Source of the DNA: Pelagomonas calceolata
Lineage: Eukaryota
DNA: 64,000 nt
Direction: 5' to 3'
Assembly (NCBI GenBank): GCA_918797485.1
Contig: CAKKNE010000004.1
Coordinates: 1,736,001 to 1,800,000 of the forward strand
How positions within the stretch are numbered: position 1 is the first letter of the stretch; each line of letters opens with the position of its first letter. Under the pieces are notes generated by a model. That model was not told the origin of the DNA. It was given only the letters and a program-made list of their open reading frames with translations, and ran no database searches. The translations under genes were made by a program, and so were the position numbers. Of the stretch, positions 53,257 to 64,000 are shown piece after piece.

Positions 53257-55102
53257 CCCGTCCAAAACCCGTCGATCTACCGCGCTTTACACACAGATAT
53301 ACACACAGATATATATCTAGAAACGGTTGCCAGTCTGGCACTAGTAGTATGTATGTTGCCCGGCGTTTCTAGAAGTGGTTGCCCGGCATTTCTAGCCAAG
53401 GCAAGAACGTCGTCACACAACATGCTCCAAAATGATCTCTAAAGTCTGCGAACTTGAACATGCCAGTGACCGCACCGCCGTTACTCGGACATAGCGTGAC
53501 GGTGGCCTTTCACGCCGGCGGTGCTGGACCATGATGCGCCAAGGCGGCCGTTATTCTAGATGGAGTGCCAGCCTAAGCCTGGGCCCGAGACTCGGAAGCG
53601 CGGCTTCAAGTTGAACGCGGCGGCACGACGTTCGAGGGCCCGGCCAACGTGACCGGGCTCAGGCTGCAAAATCGATGGATCCAAATCGTTTGATGGTGTT
53701 AAGCCACTGGACCAGTTTCTTGGTCGTCACCAAAATAGCGACGCCAACTTTATATTGTTACCCAGTATACTCTTCAAGTTCTAAAGTGAACTTACTTAGG
53801 TTCACCCCGGTGTTTTTACGGCGGCTACTTAACGCCGGGCTTGATCCACTTGGATAAGCAAGAAGATACGGGATATAGGGAAATACCGGCTCCGGGCACG
53901 TGCCGGCTGGCATAGCGTGCTGAGAGGCGAGAGTAACGTAGCCATAGTTCAGGCAATAGGGGGCTATGGCGTTGAAGATATATATCTAGGGGAGTTTTCA
54001 CCTCAGCCTGAGTTCAGAAAGCCGCCAGCCTCAGGCTGCCAGGCTGGTCCGTGCCAAGAGTTTCGCTGCTTGCGACGCTGCAACCCAAAGCCGTCTTAGA
54101 TGATGGTGTCAAGCCGGTTTTTGGTCGCTACCAGCAAAGCGACGCCAACTAGGGTTATCTTCAAGTTTATCCGGCCGTGTTGTCTCCGAGTCCCCCTTTG
54201 TCAAAAGGGTGGGGATGGACGTAAGGCCCAAGGGTCGATTATGATAATAGCCTGGGTTATCATGCCTACGTATGTACGAATTGTGTCATGCCCCCCCCCC
54301 AGCATGTCCCTCCCCGCCAGGTGGGGTGTCGAATCTGGTTTCCCTCCTTTCTTGACGAGGATCGTGGCCCGAGTCAAAGCCGATAGCGCATTAACGACAA
54401 CAGCGCCAATAGGAGCCAAAACGGTGTCTACTAGTACTTGTAAATTAGGACCGCGTACGTATACCGTTTCAACCACAGTGTGACCATTATGTAGGACTAA
54501 CACCCTCGCAGACCATCTAGCATTCTCTGATGCACCTTTATTGTACAGTAATTGGCTGTGCTATTTACGTACATAGTTGCCTAGTACAATTAATGGAGCT
54601 CAAAGACTCAATTCTGACAGCGAGGTCCAGTATGAGGTAGAGCTCATCGCAGCCTTATCTGCCAGTGATAAGTTGCTATGGTAGTTCTACAAGAAGCCCT
54701 ACCATTCTTATTCGGGCACACACTGGCAACGTCCCCGGTTTCTCGGGTTTTGCTTGCGGACAATCTGGAGAGGTCTTTTGCTATACAATCGCTGTCCGTA
54801 CACGACAGTACTAGTCTGTAGACTACATCGCTGATTCTGGCATCCACACTCATCATAGCTTGGCTACAGACCCGGCCCTCGGTTAAATAATATTTCCAAG
54901 TTCACAGCGAGTCTAGTACTGTGAGGACCATGAATGCGGATGGAGTCTCTTCAATTATGATTTGCCTTCGCCTCTCTGGCACACTGCCAAGTATTGAGCT
55001 GTCCAAACTGGTATTGTCATGCTCAAAAGAAATTAGCGAGTCATATTCCTTGTCTTGTCTCTTCCATTTCTGCTGGCGTGCTAGCTCTCTTCATCCAAAA
55101 AA

Positions 55103-56626
55103 CTATTGACGACAAGAATATTGTGGGGCTTCATCATACATGGACTTGTAGGCGTGTTGAATGACGATATCTGAAACCGGAAATCCTAGTGCTAAGATGA
55201 CCTCATTCAACTCAGCTTCGGCTGCCATTTTCGTTTTGCGCGGGTACGGAACGTTTTTGGGGTTGGAGTTTCGCAAAAGACCGTGGCTGCGCTGAGCTGT
55301 GTTAGTAAAGAAGTGCGGATATTCGCGATCTGAGATACGCGAAACCTGCGAAAACTTTGATGTACCAAGTACATTTACAGCGGCAACACGAAACTCCATA
55401 GCAGTAAAGACCGGGCTTCGGCCAGAGTCGGAGTTTTGGGATTTGCCAAGGCCCAAAGTCTGGCGTGCCAAAATGACAGATTCTGGGCACAGTGCTGGTG
55501 CGCGAATCAGACACTCTGGAAGCATACTTGCATGCACCACACGCCACGGCGTCCATTTTTGCAACAGCCCCGAGTTCAGTGGGAGAGCATGGTGAGTGCG
55601 TCCTGTTTTGAGTGCGAGTGCGTTTTTGTTTGGCGCATTATAAGCACATGGTTGATTGAGGACTAAATCTCGTTGCTGTAGAATATATCTCTGGATAGGG
55701 TATCCATTATTTGAAGGCTGTGACCAGGAAATGCGCAAACGACAATCGCTAGCTTTTAATGTTGGTCTTTCATCCATTGTGTAGTTCATGAGGCTACATA
55801 GACTCCGCGCAGTCGCAGGTAGAGCAACTAAGGGGTCATAATTGGGCATCTGTTTCTTGCCATTGGCACAAGTCTGCTCTTGGATAATCCTTGGCTTAGG
55901 TGTAGGCATGTCAGGAATTCCACATCTGGTGGAAACTAGCACGGGAGGACCGAATGCAGCGAATTTTCCACAACAGGACACACGTAAGCGCATGTAGTAC
56001 CATGTTGCGGGCCGTAAGTCTATCACTCGAACGCCACCCACGCCGTCAACAGCCTTAAGAGGAAAGAATGCCGTCGTCGTGTTATTCCCGCTTGTCCTCC
56101 GTGCGTCGAATATCCGTTGTTGATACCTTTCAGAACTTGTCAGTCTTAGCTTTTGCTGTTGCACTCGAGCTGGCTGCCAAGCTGGTCCCTCCCTTACTTC
56201 GACCTGGAAAGCCGCACCAACATAGAGATCCCTTCGACAGCCTTCGATTTTTGGCCATCCAAGCACTACCTCCCGCGCGGCGGTGCTCAAAACATTGGGT
56301 TCACCAGGGTCACTTAGCCACATAATATCACGCGGGCCAACAACATTCCCTGCAGGGCTCTGTTGCGCATGCGAAGAACTGATTATGCTACAGTACTCAA
56401 CTCGGTATATCTGACTACAGAGTGGTGCTGGCGACAAGGAGGCGATCCAAGTAAGGTCTAGTTGTTTCGACGGTCCTCTGTAAATAGTTACCCACTCTTC
56501 TTTCGACGATAACGCCAAGATAGTGATCCATTGATCGCGTCGCAAGTCTCCAAGCAGCTCTCCAATGAGTTTTGTACGTGCTGATTTTAGACAGCGAATA
56601 TCGTTTCCAATAATCTCCGGGTCCAT
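55103..56626 (-). CDS. Fibronectin type III domain-containing protein
   Basis: FN3 signatures IDLRPATWYYMRLRV, ISWSQPSNNGYPIQRYILQ and EFRVAAVNVLGTSKFS. The start and the 3' end (possible extra exon) are uncertain. Confidence 0.7.
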   Translation of the reverse strand: MDPEIIGNDIRCLKSARTKLIGELLGDLRRDQWITILALSSKEEWVTIYRGPSKQLDLTWIASLSPAPLCSQIYRVEYCSIISSSHAQQSPAGNVVGPRDIMWLSDPGEPNVLSTAAREVVLGWPKIEGCRRDLYVGAAFQVEVREGPAWQPARVQQQKLRLTSSERYQQRIFDARRTSGNNTTTAFFPLKAVDGVGGVRVIDLRPATWYYMRLRVSCCGKFAAFGPPVLVSTRCGIPDMPTPKPRIIQEQTCANGKKQMPNYDPLVALPATARSLCSLMNYTMDERPTLKASDCRLRISWSQPSNNGYPIQRYILQQRDLVLNQPCAYNAPNKNALALKTGRTHHALPLNSGLLQKWTPWRVVHASMLPECLIRAPALCPESVILARQTLGLGKSQNSDSGRSPVFTAMEFRVAAVNVLGTSKFSQVSRISDREYPHFFTNTAQRSHGLLRNSNPKNVPYPRKTKMAAEAELNEVILALGFPVSDIVIQHAYKSMYDEAPQYSCRQ

Positions 56627-57290
56627 ATGCAGCGCAGTTGTTTTTTTAGGATACAAAATCTTATGCTTGTATATGCAGTGGGAGGGAGGTAGGTCACAGG
56701 GTAGGGGGGGTACCCGCCTAGACCAGCCGGCCTAGCGCCAGATATTTGGTACTCTCAATCCGGATACGAGGCGTGTGACCTGAAGGGTCCTTGAGGCGTC
56801 GGCATGTGTAGAGCGATTGTGCTATCATGATGATCCAGTGCCAGTGAAGTGAACTTACTTTAGGTTCATTGGCGCGGAGGCCGCCAGACAGCCTGGGCAG
56901 TCTAGCGAACTGAAAAGGACCACTAAGTCTCCCGAGTCCTAGGAACCCCCCCGACGAGTCCCCTCGCTCCCGTCACTGGCACGGTCTACTAGTATGCAGG
57001 GGCACCGTGACTCAGCTGATCAGGCTGGCTCAGCTGAGTACCCCGACTCGTGCCACCATAAGACTCTGACATAAAACGTCTAATCGCGGGTTATTACCTT
57101 GCGTCCTCTGTCCTCGATGTGCGCCAGGTAACTTATTTGTGACCTACGGTACCGTAGGTACCTACGGTACCTTACGGTATGCAAATAGGCTGCCTGGCCA
57201 CTGGGGGCAATGATGATGAAAAAAATACGGAATCTCTGCGGTACCATATTTCTTGGTTTCTGCCTGTGGTGGTTGCCAAATGGAAATCGG

Positions 57291-59324
57291 ATGAAGGACG
57301 GTGCAAGCCAACAGCTGGCCCGTGTGACATGTGCTGCCTTTTTGCTCCTTCTCTGTATGTCAGATTTCTCACTCCGAAATAGAGGCAACCAGACAACCCT
57401 CTTCTTTGAACGTTACGTTGGTCCTGCATCTGCACGTTCGCTTGCAGCTATGCGCATATCATGCTCGGTCCTGTTATTGACTTTCACATCGGATCACATG
57501 ACATCTCCACTCGCGGCAACTGCACAGGTCCCCCGATGGATGTGTCGACCTACGGGCATAATTCGACTGCTCAACGAGTGTGGTGTACTCGGCGGGCTCT
57601 TCGAGGATGCACGTTCACTCTGGCGGCTTGAGCAGCTCACACGGGCAGCACTAGGCTGCGTCGCGATGGGTCTAGGGACGCCTGTTGTTGCTCCATGCGC
57701 TTCCATACTTTGGCTTTTCTATGGCGGTGTGTTGCGAGCGTACAACACATGGCGTGGACACTCCTTTATCGCTGCATGGTGGACTCTGGTTGTTTTGGCA
57801 TGGCGCGGTGGCGCTGCCGACGCAGCTTCACTTGACTCTTGCCTGTGTGCCTTGTACGAAGACGCAAAGCTTGCAAATGTTGCACGAGGCCGATGGTGGA
57901 CCGCCGGGAGGCCTTCCCATTGGAACAGGCGATTCAGCAGGCCTTTACCGCACACACATGCAACTGAGTTGGCACGTGCCGCTGACCGTGGCTGGACGCG
58001 ATTTCTGGTCACGCTGATTTTTGCAAACAATTATCTTATGGCAGGTTTGTCCAAGCTCTGTGCTTCGGGAGTTGCATGGGCCTCCGGAGATAATCTAAAA
58101 GCAAAACTACTGCAAACAACGCTCACGCAAACGTCCTTTGGATGCTACCTTACACTTTTCTGTAGGCGCTTTCCCGACACCTTTTTTGGTGCTCTCGGTG
58201 CATGTGGCCTTTACGGGGAGATAGCCATGGGCCTTGTGCCGTTTTTCTCATTTGCCAAGCTACTCCTCCCTATAGCTATGTGGGGGATGCACGTGAGCAT
58301 CGCTGCATTGCAACACATCATTTTTGTTGACCTGCTCTTCTTCATCCCAGCCTGGTATATTTGGCACGTGATAGATCGTAATCCAGGCAAGTTGAGGCCT
58401 CTTGCGCACGCGCAACATCCTTGGGATTGGACCCAGTGGGTCGACGATATTCATGCCTGTTGGCTTAAAGCGCGTGCTTTCAGCCAGGGACCCCGTTTAT
58501 TCCAGGCCACCCCCCGCGAGTCCGCGGCCATATTAGATAACAACCACCTTAAAGATAAAAAACTGCCTGACTTGCCCGAGGACCTGCCAACTCCCAAAGC
58601 AGTAGTGCTTGATGCCAATCCATCTCTTCCCCATGAGGATATAATCCACGCGGGTGCGAGACAAACGCTGCTCTTTATGCTTGTGTTCCTTGGCGTGTGG
58701 ACGCGGGGGGCTGAATGGTTTCCATATAATGCGTTTCGCATGTTTGCTGGCTGGACATCCAGGCCCATCCTTTATGAGCGCTACATTGCACTCGGTGGTG
58801 ACGGCTCTCGAATACGTAATTTTCACTACCATGAGATCCACCCGGCACTCAACCGAAAACGCCTCGTTGAGGCCTTTAATCGCTGCGCTGATGAGCCCGA
58901 GTCGGCTGATTGCTGTGTATAAGTCAACCAATGACGTGGATGCCCGAAACCCTCAAAATTCTCCATCTCGGCCAGGACGATGTCGTTTGGCTGGTCATGG
59001 TTAATATGACAAAGTCAGAGATTACCTCCGAAACGACTCGAACTGCAGGGTCCATAAAATTTGATTTCCGCACAGGCTGACTGCGCTACATTCCTCGACT
59101 TTGCGATACCACGTGGTGCGGAAATGCGCGACCATCCGGCTGCTCTCGTCATTCAGACGCGATCTTGGGATTTTGTCGAAGATATCGACCAGACATACTA
59201 TTGTGACACCATGAACATCGTTGCTCTTGATATTGGAGCGCGCGTGGTCGACAAGCGGACCAACCTGCCGTGCGATGCGCTCGACCTTCGTGCCTGTTGT
59301 GCCTCCACCCTTGGTACCATCTAA
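57291..59324 (+). CDS. Multi-pass membrane protein, HTTM-domain-like
   Basis: Several hydrophobic segments and the motifs SLAAMRI, GHSF, D-SLD, YLMAGLSKL..SG.AW.SGDNL, MHVSIAALQHIIF and WFPYNAFRMFA. Intron 58905-59075 joins it in frame to ORF 59061..59324. Confidence 0.65.
58905..59083 (+). mobile_element. Introner-like element (GC-AG intron 58905-59075)
   Basis: 8-bp target-site duplication gctgattg/gctgactg. Termini are CTGTGTATAAGTCA...TGATTTCCGCACAG. Splicing restores the frame. Confidence 0.8.
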
Positions 59325-60388
59325 AGTAGTCAAATGACGGGGCCCGTAATCCTCAGCGATATAAGCTTTGGTGGGTGTGTGAAATGCCAAAAAAGGTATG
59401 AACATCTTCACCGTCACCAATTCCGTCACATGCCCGGAGGGCCTGGGCAGGTACTAGTAACGGTGGGGGAGTTCAACACCTGTTGTGGTGGTGGTCGTGG
59501 GAAGGGGGGGGGGGCTACTCCGCAAAGGTAAAAATCCGAGTCGAAAAATCGGACGTGGGGAGCGTCCGTACGGGTTTAAGACTTTCTTTAAGTTTATCAT
59601 ATGATAAAGTTACGGGTTTCGTGGACATTCCAGAGTTTTTCGTGGCGGAAAGTGCGGAGCATTCGGCTAACGAACGGAACGTTGATTTTCTCGCGGTGAA
59701 ACTTGCTGACGGAACGTCAGTACGCTTTGCGGCAAAGTTTGACACTTTGCACCAAGCGACTCGTGGCGAGGGCTTCCTATTCCTTTGAATCTATTTCAAA
59801 GAAATCGACGAGCTCCTGCCATTTTTCACACCACCTTCGCTTTGCCTTCCGGGGCTCCTCAGCAACAATTATCATTCACAGGGGTTAATCGTACCCTCGA
59901 CGCCTCGAGCCTCAGGCTGAGGCCCTTTGTTTGGTCGTTTGAGTGCCTTTAGTCGACTGCGAGACGGTCCCGACCGCGACACATAATACGACACTATCTC
60001 CAGCTTCTCGAGCGCTCGAACGCGACCGCAGTGTCCGGGTACCCCACGCATGTACCCGACTCGGACCCTTGCTTCTTTCGGGCATGCCGTCTAGCGATTT
60101 CTGCTACGACGCGCCGCGGGGCGGTACGCCGCACATGATCTCAGCGACGGAATGGCGCGAGGATGGATAAATCCCGACCCCTTACAATGAGGTCATAATT
60201 TTTACGCGCCGTTTCCAGTATCTCAATGAGCAAGTTGAGATACATCCTTGAGTAGAAGAGGCTTCTAATGGACGGGGGGTAGAGCCTCTAGCTAGATATA
60301 TACCCTGGGGCTGGATGCAAGAACGACCGTCGTATGTTAGTACCCGTCGTTTCATAGTCACCCCCAGTGGCTAGCCCGACGGGCACGG

Positions 60389-63300
60389 ATGCGGGTTGCA
60401 ATCATGCTCGCGGTGGCCATATTTGTGCGAGCAGATCTGCAGCAGGCAGCAGAGACTGCTAAGTTAGAGATTGTCGGTGGTTCGAGAGACGATGTAGCGT
60501 ACCGCTTCGAAGAGTCGCTGGAAGGATGGGCGCTCGCCTCGTCGTCAGAGATGCATCTCGATGTGGCAGCTCGTGGTGGAAACCTAGTCGGAACCATAGT
60601 GGGTGAAGCTACTTCGGATCCCCATTTTGATTCGCCGCTGCTCGAACTCCAATCCGCAGGGCGGCAGACAGTAGTCATCCGAATGAAATACCAGAGTGGC
60701 AGTTTCCGGGACGCACGGCTCGTTGCTCAATATGGTGCTCACTGGGTGGGGTCGCAGCAGCAACACAGGAGCAATGTCAATCTCTGTGTGGAAATCAACC
60801 CCTCTACGCCATCGAGCAGACCCAGTTACTGGGACGACATCGCGTCGATGATGTGATTTCCACACAGGTCGACTGGACCCCGCGACGACCACCGGTGCCT
60901 ATCACTGCTAGCGGCATCCCTTCAGGCTCTCCAATCAATGATGACAATGCAGGTACTGTGTGGAAAGGAGCAGTCGGCGAGGGGCAGTGTGCAAATCGGG
61001 GTTCACGGCTCCTTCAAACTGGAAGAACCTCCACGCCATCGACGCGACTTTGTGTGATAGCATCTGCTCGATGGCGTAGAGGACGACGCCAGTACCCTCC
61101 GGACCGCCAGCAATCTCGGTCGCGCTGTTCGTCGACACGATTCATCTGGATAACCTAATTCACTGGTTGCTTTGCACACAGGCGAGGGGGTGACGTTTGC
61201 CTTCTGGTCAGCGAGGGAACTCGCCATCCGGCAAGGCACCTCCACGGGCCACGCCATCACAGATCTTGAAGTCCGATGCGTCGTTGGCTTCTGTCCAATG
61301 TCGCTCGACCTACGGGTTGGCACAACAAACAAGACTGTTTTCTCGGCTACCGTTCTAAACGAAAGTCGTTTGCAATACTTCTCGACGTCTCTTTCATCCA
61401 ATGAGCGACACCATCATTGGCGAGTTGTTTTTCTTAGTAGCTACGGGGGACGAGATGTCCGCATACGCGAGCTCCGACTTCTCCCCGCTGTGCTCGAGGC
61501 TCATTTTGGGATTTCACCAAATCCCGACTACAAGTCGTACATCATTCCAATTTGGCGTAAAGCTGCGACTGCAAAGCTCGGTGGCGACGAGCGGACATCT
61601 TATAATTCACCGCTCCTACTGACGCGCCTTCGGATCTACTTTGGCGGCGTCGTGCTGGCGCCCAGCGAGAAGCGCAACTATGACGCAAGTGCAAACTCAG
61701 CCTGTGCAGACTGGCAAAAAAATGAACAAGCTGGCTTTGGTAAAATAGCATGGGCTGCATTATTTTGGCGCCTGCGACTCGACCACGAGCGCGTTGGTCC
61801 CTGGGTAGTTTCTGAACTTACCATGCAAATTGCCGGTGTTAGAAAATTTGTTGATCTTCAACGCAATTCCACGGCTCAGGTATGAGGATCGTGCTTGCTC
61901 GGAACAAGCATCGCTGATTCACATCGACGAGGGCTATGTAACATCTTCCAATGGCGCCATTGCATCAGTATGGTCGGGTGGCGCAGGTGGTTGGGTGCTG
62001 CGGGATGGCGAGTGTCTCGTGGGAAATCAGGAGGTTCGCGAGAATGCTGGCGGCGAAACAGGACGAGTCTATGTCTCTGGGGCTGCCATTGGGGGTGAAG
62101 AGACTACAGTCAGCACGTGGTTAGGTTATGCTTTTGAGCAACCTGTGGCAGTGAGGTGCGTTATTATCTGTCAGAGCGAAGACATTGCGACACGTGCCGA
62201 GACAGCTTTCCTAGAACGGAGCCATGATGGCGAGCGTTGGATTCCGCATGCAACACTAGCGCTATCAGCGGCTGCGAATGTGATCCAGGCGAATCCATGC
62301 AAATTAAAGTACGAAAGTGAGGACTTGGATCAGAAGCAAAAAAAAGCTTATCATTGGTCAGCGGGGGCTTTTGGGGGGGCACATCAGACTCTTGGCACCA
62401 ACACAGCACGTGATGCCTTCTTAATTGATTCGATTGTCATCGCGTATCCGCCGCTTGTTAGATCTGTGACTGGATGCATAGATATATTTTGGCCTGCACA
62501 GGAGCCAAAGCCTGGGGCAGCGCCCATACTAGACCATCAAACTGCCGTGGCACAGATGGAAGATGCAAAGCAATTGGAGAATGGCTACCTTGGGCGTGGG
62601 TTTGCGAGGTTTGACGGTAGACCTCTAATGAACAACACTAAAAAAATGAGCGTTTATGCAAATACCTACGCCTGTCCTATTGTCGGTAACCTCCGCATAA
62701 CACTGAGGGGTGAGCGCCTAGGATCATCGGAAAGACCCACGACTATCGTTGTCGGCGGCCGACCATGCCTGAATGTTACGTACCACAGTTCAGGCGCCGG
62801 CGACTCGCAGTACAGCCGAGCCAATTCAGACGAGGTCAGCTGCAAACTACCGGCTGGGGTTCCATCAGTCAGCGGTAAGCCTGTGGACGTCGTAGTGGCA
62901 CGTGGTGACACTCCGGGGCTGCGAGACACAGTTCAGTACCTCGCATACCAGGGTCCACCGACACGGGCGGCCATTCCTCGCATCTCCAACATAGCGGCAA
63001 GGTCAGTCGACCTGTGCTGGGTACCACCGGCTCTTAAAGGTTCGCAAGTGGGATCGTCATCTGGGCTTTTAGGTGCACTACAGACGACTGGTTACATTAT
63101 TACTTATCATGTCGTCTCCGACCAGCAAGCAACTGACGCAAAGACGGAAGAAATCAAGCAGAAGCTCCAAGCGCGCCATGATAACGCCCGGATTATACAC
63201 AACGTCACTCTGGGAAATGTAACAGCAACTACAATTATTGGCCTGAAGCCAGACACTCGCTATGTGTTTGCCGTTGCTGCTGTCGTCGAAGACCGCTTTA

Positions 63301-64000
63301 GTGACCAATTATTTATTGACACCGTCGACCTCTATGGTCGGCGGTCGCATCTACCGGGCGCTTTCGTTGGCCCTTTTTCTGATTTCACTAACGCAACAGC
63401 CACACTTCAATACGATGTTAGCTTTAACATCTTCAACGCTAACGCGACTGTGCAGCACGGGCCGGCAGACGAGCGAGCGACGCTTGGGCCCACGGGTCTC
63501 TTTGGTGGCGAGGGAAGTTACGGTCTCCTTCTCGTTGGTAGTGCAAATATAGAAAATTGCAATGCATCAACCGCGTGCTGTGATGGCTTCAATGTCCACC
63601 AATACGAGGCTGTGGGGGATGGCTGCGGAGGAAAGCACCTTATTTGTGTCGAAATGGCGACACCTAATTTTCACAAAGCCGAACCCGAGACAGCCCTTCG
63701 CAAGCCTGCCATCAATGATCCACAATTTCCTCAAAACGATCGCGTCGAAAAGCGCATTGTTCTGGTTGAAGAGATTAGCTCGCTTGCACTCACTCTGCCC
63801 CTCCAACCAACCGCAAGTTGCGGACCAGCTATCCGATTAACGCCATCGCTTCCCCGCCACGCTGGAGCCATGTGGTACGCACGCCGTCTCAACGTCCGAG
63901 AGGGCTTTGATACTACCATTGTGTTTCGTACGTCAAACCCATCACAGCGATGTAATCTCATGGATGATGTTTACACTTCCTGTCAATCACGTGGTGGCGA
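60389..64000 (+). CDS. Secreted multidomain protein with IPT/TIG-like, FN3 and legume(L)-lectin-like domains (3'-incomplete)
   Basis: Signal peptide MRVAIMLAVAIFVRA. Introns 60776-60867, 60977-61181 and 61825-61879 join the frames, and the frame from 61880 is open to the window end. It contains ITLRGERLG...VVGGRPC (IPT), SNIAARSVDLCWVPP...IIGLKPDTRYVFAVAA (FN3) and IRLTPSLPRHAGAMWYARRLNVREGFDTTIVF (L-lectin). Confidence 0.8.
60776..60875 (+). mobile_element. Introner-like element (GT-AG intron 60776-60867)
   Basis: Perfect 14-bp terminal inverted repeat CTGTGTGGAAATCA (60784-60797) / TGATTTCCACACAG (60854-60867). The 8-bp target-site duplication is degenerate (gtcaatct/gtcgactg). Splicing is in frame. 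Confidence 0.8.
60977..61189 (+). mobile_element. Introner-like element (GC-AG intron 60977-61181)
   Basis: Perfect 8-bp target-site duplication gcgagggg (60977-60984 and 61182-61189). Terminal inverted repeat CAGTGTGCAAA / TTTGCACACAG. Splicing is in frame. Confidence 0.88.

Noticed and set aside
1..64000. tRNA or rRNA genes
   Set aside because: None were recognised by eye. A covariance-model scan would be needed to exclude small ncRNAs.

Overview
Eukaryotic nuclear DNA, most likely from a pelagophyte-type stramenopile alga. This taxonomy is inferred from the short GT/GC-AG introns, introner-like elements with 8-bp target-site duplications and a plastid-type GluRS presequence. Positions 1-38347 on the minus strand hold one giant gene. 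Five short introns, read directly from the sequence, join the long ORFs in frame into a secreted protein of at least ~12,670 aa that runs off the left edge of the window. The protein has a signal peptide, a PSI-like Cys domain and thousands of residues of ~15-aa Gly/Ser/Ala/Thr beta-solenoid-like repeats, which form a 91-aa super-repeat in the C-terminal part. It also has two internal peptidase-S74/ICA (intramolecular chaperone autoprocessing) domains with intact Ser-Lys dyads. It is therefore a candidate self-cleaving, trimeric, phage-tail-fibre-like polyprotein in an alga. The right 25 kb holds radial spoke head RSP4/6, DDX6/Dhh1, organellar GluRS, Rab7, an uncharacterised protein, an FN3 protein, an HTTM-like membrane protein and a secreted IPT/FN3/L-lectin protein. 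It also holds three introner elements, a ~600-bp long-TIR element, and intergenic DNA rich in a small set of recurring 7-8-mers and palindromes.
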